Positions 17,345 to 21,842 of a DNA stretch of 21,842 nucleotides are shown here, piece by piece; position 1 is the first letter of the stretch; every line of letters starts with the position of its first letter. Source of the stretch: a virus. Taxonomy: Duplodnaviria; Heunggongvirae; Uroviricota; Caudoviricetes. Below the pieces are notes generated by a model. That model was given only the letters and a program-made list of their open reading frames with translations, searched no databases and had not been told where the DNA came from. The DNA is taken from IMG/VR virus record IMGVR_UViG_2531839433_000003; one strand, written 5' to 3'. The translations under genes were made by a program, and so were the position numbers.

Positions 17345-18178
17345 ATGACAGTGAAAGCAAAGCGTTTTCGCATCGGGGTGGAAGGTGCCACCACCGACGG
17401 ACGCGAAATCCAGCGTGAATGGCTGGAACAGATGGCAGCCAGCTACAACCCGGCGGTGTATACCGCGCTGATTAACCTTGAGCACATCAAGTCTTATCTG
17501 CCGGACAGCACCTTTAACCGCTACGGCAAGGTGACGGCGCTGTTTGCTGAAGAAATCACGGAAGGTCCGCTGGCAGGCAAGATGGCGCTGTATGCCGACG
17601 TTGAGCCAACGGAGTCCCTGGTGGAACTGGTGAAAAAAGGCCAGAAATTATTCACCTCTATGGAAGTCAGCCCGAAGTTCGCTGATACGGGCAAAGCCTA
17701 TCTGGTCGGCCTGGCTGCCACTGATGACCCTGCCAGTCTGGGTACGGAAATGCTGACATTCAGCGCCAGTGCAGCCCATAACCCGCTGGCAAACCGCAAG
17801 CAGAATCCTGCCAATCTCTTTACCGCTGCAGAGGAAACGGTGATCGAACTGGAAGAAATCCAGGACGACAAACCGTCCCTGTTTGCCCGCGTCACGGCGC
17901 TGTTTACCAAAAAAGAGCAATCCGATGACGCCCGGTTCTCTGATGTGCATAAGGCCGTGGAGCTGGTCGCCACTGAGCAGCAGAACCTGAGCGCACGCAC
18001 CGAAAAATCCCTGTCTGAGCAGGAAGAACGCCTGTCTGAGCTGGAGACTGCCCTGCAGGCACAGCAAACCGCCTTTAACGAACTGGTGGACAAGCTGAGT
18101 CATGAAGACAGTCGCCAGGACTACCGCCAGCGTGCAACAGGCGGTAACGCCCCCGCTGACACTCTGACCAATTGCTGA
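17345..18178 (+). CDS. Capsid scaffolding protein, P2 gpO type
   Basis: 277 aa (P2 gpO is 284 aa), divergent from the terminase gene, with an acidic coiled-coil C-terminal half. Confidence 0.8.
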   Translation: MTVKAKRFRIGVEGATTDGREIQREWLEQMAASYNPAVYTALINLEHIKSYLPDSTFNRYGKVTALFAEEITEGPLAGKMALYADVEPTESLVELVKKGQKLFTSMEVSPKFADTGKAYLVGLAATDDPASLGTEMLTFSASAAHNPLANRKQNPANLFTAAEETVIELEEIQDDKPSLFARVTALFTKKEQSDDARFSDVHKAVELVATEQQNLSARTEKSLSEQEERLSELETALQAQQTAFNELVDKLSHEDSRQDYRQRATGGNAPADTLTNC

Positions 18179-18194
18179 TGGAGCACAAAACCCG

Positions 18195-18572
18195 ATGAAG
18201 AAGAATACCCGCTTTGCTTTTAACGCTTACCTGCAGCAGCTGGCGCGTCTGAACGGTGTGGCAGTTGAAGAACTGTCCAGCAAGTTCACCGTGGAGCCGT
18301 CTGTGCAGCAGACGCTGGAAGACCAGATCCAGCAGTCCGCCGCTTTCCTGACGCTGATTAACGTCACGCCAGTGACTGAGCAGTCCGGTCAGCTGCTGGG
18401 GCTGGGAGTTGGCAGCACCATTGCCGGAACCACTGACACCACCGCGAAAGAGCGTGAACCTGTCGATCCGACGCTGATGGTCGATGTGGAATATAAATGC
18501 GAGCAGACCAACTTTGACACGGTGCTGACCTACGCGAAGCTGGACCTGTGGACGGGGTGGGCTCTTAGATGA
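18195..18572 (+). pseudogene. Major capsid protein (P2 gpN type), N-terminal about 125 aa only
   Basis: Begins MKKNTRFAFNAYLQQLARLNG...KFTVEPSVQQTL like P2 gpN, but terminates after 125 aa where about 357 are expected. Confidence 0.7.
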
Positions 18573-18573
18573 T

Positions 18574-18678
18574 GCGGAATGGACCATTACGACTCTGACG
18601 CATACCGTCAGCCCCGATAACGGTTTTACAACCAGTCTGGAGCTTGAAGTGAGGATTGATGATTTCGAAATGGAATGA
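18574..18678 (+). pseudogene. Possible C-terminal remnant of tail gene D fused out of frame to the capsid fragment
   Basis: The +1 frame reads ...TITTLTHTVSPDNGFTTSLELEVRIDDFEME then stop, about 90 nt upstream of ogr, where D lies in P2. Assignment is by position and frame only. Confidence 0.3.
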
Positions 18679-18768
18679 TTCTTCGCAATGGAGAACTTTT
18701 AAGTTTGCAAAATGGAATAATGCGGTATCATTATTGTGAATTTAGCAAAAATGGGGAGAACTCGAAAA

Positions 18769-18987
18769 ATGATGATTTGCCCACTGTGTGGAAGTGCCGC
18801 CCATACTCGCAGCAGTTTTCAGGTATCTTCATTGACCAAAGAACGTTACAACCAGTGCCAGAACATTAACTGCAGCCATACTTTTGTTACCCATGAAACT
18901 TTTGTTCGTTCGATTGCAACGCCAAAAGAGTCAAATCCGGTTCAGCCGCATCCAATGAAATCAGGACAGGTGGCGCTCTCTCTTTGA
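18769..18987 (+). CDS. ogr: Ogr-type zinc-finger late transcription activator
   Basis: 72 aa, MMICPLCGSAAHTRSS...KERYNQCQNINCSHTF, parallel to P2 Ogr (CPLC...KERYHQCQNVNCSATF); last prophage gene before attR. Confidence 0.85.
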   Translation: MMICPLCGSAAHTRSSFQVSSLTKERYNQCQNINCSHTFVTHETFVRSIATPKESNPVQPHPMKSGQVALSL

Positions 18988-19009
18988 CGCTGCCGCCATT
19001 TTGTCGCCA
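18988..19009. repeat. attR core: 22-bp direct repeat cgctgccgccattttgtcgcca
   Basis: See attL; begins at the base after the ogr stop codon. Confidence 0.7.
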
Positions 19010-19074
19010 TCGTTAAAAAACAGTGTTTCTAACATCATGATTTTAAACAGCTTAAATTTCAGGCAACAAAAAAC

Positions 19075-19111
19075 CCATCAACCTTGAACCGAAATGGCGG
19101 GGTTGATGGGC
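19075..19111 (-). terminator. Probable ybjL rho-independent terminator
   Basis: 10-bp stem cccatcaacc / ggttgatggg; on the minus strand it is followed by six T. Confidence 0.45.
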
Positions 19112-19222
19112 TCCACAAAATGGGGACATCAAAGAAAAGCAGTGGCACTAATTAAGACTGATGCCCTGCGGAAAAGTTCTGCGGTTGTGCAAAAAAATTT
19201 CATTTTCAGGGCAACTTCAGTT

Positions 19223-20908
19223 TTATCCTAATCCTGGCCATACCATGACGATGATTGTCCCTGCCAGCGTCAGCAGGACGTTGGCGATTGCATAGGTGCC
19301 CGCATAGCCCAGCGCCGGGATGTTACTGCGAGCTGTATCACTGATGATCTCCATTGCCGGCGCGCAGGTACGTGCGCCCATCATTGCGCCGAACAACAGC
19401 GCGCGGTTCATTCGCAATACATAAGCACCGAACAAGAAACAGATAACCACGGGCACCAGACTGACAATCAATCCGGCAATCAACATCTGACCGCCAATCG
19501 CGCCCAGGCCGTTATTAATACCGCTACCGGCGCTCAGACCAACGCCTGCCATAAACACCATCAAGCCGAACTCTTTCACCATGCTTAATGCACCCTGCGG
19601 AATGTAACCGAAGGTCGGGTGGTTAGCACGCATAAAGCCCAGCATAATTCCGGCGAATAACAACCCGGCAGCGTTCCCCATGCCGAAACTGAATGTGCTG
19701 AACTGGAAGGTGATCATCCCGATCATCAGCCCAATAACAAAGAAGGCGCAGAATGCCAGCAGGTCAGTGACCTGGCTGTGAATCGAGATAAAGCCGATGC
19801 GATCGGCGATGGTTTTTACGCGGCGGGCATCGCCGCTGACTTGTAAAACGTCACCTTTGTTAAGCACGACGTTGTCATCTATCGGCATCTCAATCTGGCT
19901 ACGAATGACGCGGTTAAGGAAGCAACCGTGATCGGTCAACTTCAGTTGTGCGAGACGTTTACCTACAGCGTTATGGTTTTTAACGACCACTTCTTCAGTG
20001 ACGATACGCATGTCGAGAAGGTCACGATCGAAAACTTCTTTACCGTTACGGAAGCTGGGATCGAGTCGGGCATGGGCGTCGGGATAGCCTACCAACGCTA
20101 TTTCATCGCCCATTTGTAGCACGGCATCACCGTCTGGATTTGCCAGAATCCCGTTACGTCGAATACGTTCAATGTAGCAGCCGGTTTGTCGATAAATACC
20201 CAGTTCACGCAGATTTTTGCCGTCGGTCCAGGCCACCAGTTCCGGGCCGACGCGATAGGCGCGGATCACCGGTAAATAAACCTTACGGTTGGCATCAGTG
20301 TCCAGGCCACGTTCGCGGGCGATTTGCTGGGCGCTGGTCTGTAAGTCCTGATGCTGCAATTTCGGCAAGTAACGCGCACCAACAATCAAACTCACCAGAC
20401 CGATTAAATAGGTTAAGGCATACCCGAGGCTCAGATTATCCAGTGCCAGTGAGAGCTGCCTGCTTTCCATGCCGGAATGACGCAGTGTATCGCCAGCACC
20501 GACCAGAACCGGTGTCGACGTCATAGAGCCTGCTAACATACCGGCCGTCAGGCCAATATCCCAGCCAAACAGCTTACCTAACCCTAAGGCGATCACCAGC
20601 GCACTGCCAACCATCACCAGTGCTAACATTAGGTAATTTTTCCCATCGCGAAAAAAAATGGAAAAAAAGTTCGGTCCGGCTTCGACCCCGACGCAGAAAA
20701 TAAACAGCATAAAGCCAAGATTAAGCGCATCGGTGTTAATGCTGAAATGTTGTTGGCCTAATAACAGCGATACGACTAAAACGCCAATGGAATTACCCAG
20801 TTGGATCGAACCAAGTCGTAACTTTCCGAGACATAGCCCAAGCGCGAGGACCACAAATAATAACAGAATGTAATTCCCATTTAACAATTCGGCGACGTTT
20901 ATATTCAC
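19223..20908 (-). CDS. ybjL: Putative transporter YbjL (AAE family membrane protein with two internal soluble domains)
   Basis: 561 aa polytopic membrane protein recognised as E. coli YbjL; adjacent to ybjM and grxA as in E. coli. Confidence 0.88.
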
Positions 20909-21177
20909 GGAGGCTAACTTCTTGTTTACTAGTAAGCTGTTGAAAGAAATGGTAATTTACGATAATGTTTTTTACCAGAATTCAGGGCGCAGATTCATTC
21001 AGCGCACCTAAACGATAGTAAAGTAACAATATATTTTACTAGTGTAATCACATTAGGTATCAACGGCTATATGAATTGCGTTGGCCTATATTAGCATGGA
21101 ATGCGAAGCGGCTTTATCTTACTGAACGCCACACTGGCGAAAAATGTGTTCGATAGACGCAGTGTCAGGAGGAACGA

Positions 21178-21555
21178 GTGAAACATAAACAACGTTGGGC
21201 GGGGGCAATCTGCTGTTTTGTCCTCTTCATTGTGGTGTGCCTTTTTCTGGCGACGCACATGAAAGGCGCTTTTCGGGCTGCCGGGCATCCTGAAATCGGC
21301 TTGCTATTTTTCATTCTTCCTGGAGCAGTCGCCAGCTTCTTTTCACAGCGTAGAGAAGTCCTGAAACCTCTGTTTGGCGCAATGCTGGCGGCACCCTGTT
21401 CGATGCTCATTATGCGGCTGTTTTTTTCACCGACGCGCTCATTCTGGCAAGAGCTGGCATGGTTATTAAGTGCGGTGTTCTGGTGTGCGCTGGGGGCACT
21501 GTGTTTCTTATTTATCAGTAGTTTGTTTAAACCACAGCACAGAAAAAATCAGTAA
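21178..21555 (+). CDS. ybjM: Inner membrane protein YbjM
   Basis: 125 aa hydrophobic protein between ybjL and grxA, matching the E. coli gene order. Confidence 0.8.
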   Translation: MKHKQRWAGAICCFVLFIVVCLFLATHMKGAFRAAGHPEIGLLFFILPGAVASFFSQRREVLKPLFGAMLAAPCSMLIMRLFFSPTRSFWQELAWLLSAVFWCALGALCFLFISSLFKPQHRKNQ

Positions 21556-21575
21556 AGCCCTCAACGCGAGGGCTT
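21555..21575. terminator. Hairpin between convergent ybjM and grxA; candidate bidirectional terminator
   Basis: Inverted repeat agccctc(aacgc)gagggct; T-rich on the minus-strand side. Confidence 0.4.
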
Positions 21576-21584
21576 GTCAGACGA

Positions 21585-21842
21585 TCAGGCGTCCAGATTT
21601 TCTTTCACCCATGCAGCAAAATCGGTATAGCCGCCGATATGTTGCTGATCGACAAAAATCTGCGGCACGGTTTCTACGGGTTTACCTGCCTTTTGTTGTA
21701 GATCTTCTTTAGTGATCCCTTCCGCACGAATATCTACATAGTGATACTGAAAATCATCGTGTTCATTGCTCAATTTCTCAGCCAGATCTTTTGCACGCAC
21801 ACAGTAAGGGCAACCCGGACGACCAAAAATAACGGTTTGCAT
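21585..21842 (-). CDS. grxA: Glutaredoxin 1
   Basis: 85 aa, MQTVIFGRPGCPYCVRAKDLAEKL, with the CPYC active site; the window ends exactly at its start codon. Confidence 0.9.
   Translation of the reverse strand: MQTVIFGRPGCPYCVRAKDLAEKLSNEHDDFQYHYVDIRAEGITKEDLQQKAGKPVETVPQIFVDQQHIGGYTDFAAWVKENLDA

Noticed and set aside
15816-18587. Antisense ORFs within the terminase, scaffold and capsid genes (for example 15868..16311, 17648..18103, 18075..18587)
   Set aside because: Shadow frames of confidently assigned structural genes; the proteins are low-complexity and Arg/Cys/Ser-rich.
18988-19222. tRNA gene at the attachment site, as used by many integrases
   Set aside because: No cloverleaf-compatible sequence is visible between ogr and ybjL; the att core appears to lie in non-tRNA DNA next to ybjL.
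20140-20526. 128 aa plus-strand ORF inside ybjL
   Set aside because: Antisense shadow ORF of a well-recognised host membrane-protein gene.
1-21842. CRISPR arrays or other regularly spaced direct repeats
   Set aside because: None seen; the only significant repeats are the att cores, the IS target duplications and inverted repeats, and the internal duplication in the repressor gene.

Overview
The window is almost entirely a roughly 19 kb defective P2/186-family prophage, bounded by a 22-bp direct repeat (19..40 and 18988..19009, one mismatch) that I read as attL/attR, followed by host genes ybjL, ybjM and grxA. Left to right: integrase; an AT-rich leftward operon of a CI-like repressor with tandemly duplicated HTH domains, a DUF262 (ParB/GmrS-like) protein and a HEPN-motif protein; a rightward early operon (Apl/Cox-like, CII-like, three small ORFs, TraR/DksA zinc finger, Dam methylase, P2 gpA-type replication initiator); a LexA-box plus Tum/DinI-like module; a signal-peptide protein; a probable cos site; two unknown genes between cos and the portal gene; a portal gene interrupted by a complete IS66-family element with 8-bp target duplications; terminase; scaffold; a truncated major capsid gene fused to a short tail-gene remnant; and ogr. 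The capsid, lysis and tail module is absent. The best candidate for an undescribed system is the DUF262 + HEPN pair translationally coupled to the repressor gene, so predicted to be expressed in the lysogen. Secondary candidates are the two-gene insertion between cos and portal and the secreted protein at the position P2 uses for old. All family assignments are from reading the translations against remembered motifs and phage proteins; no database search was run.
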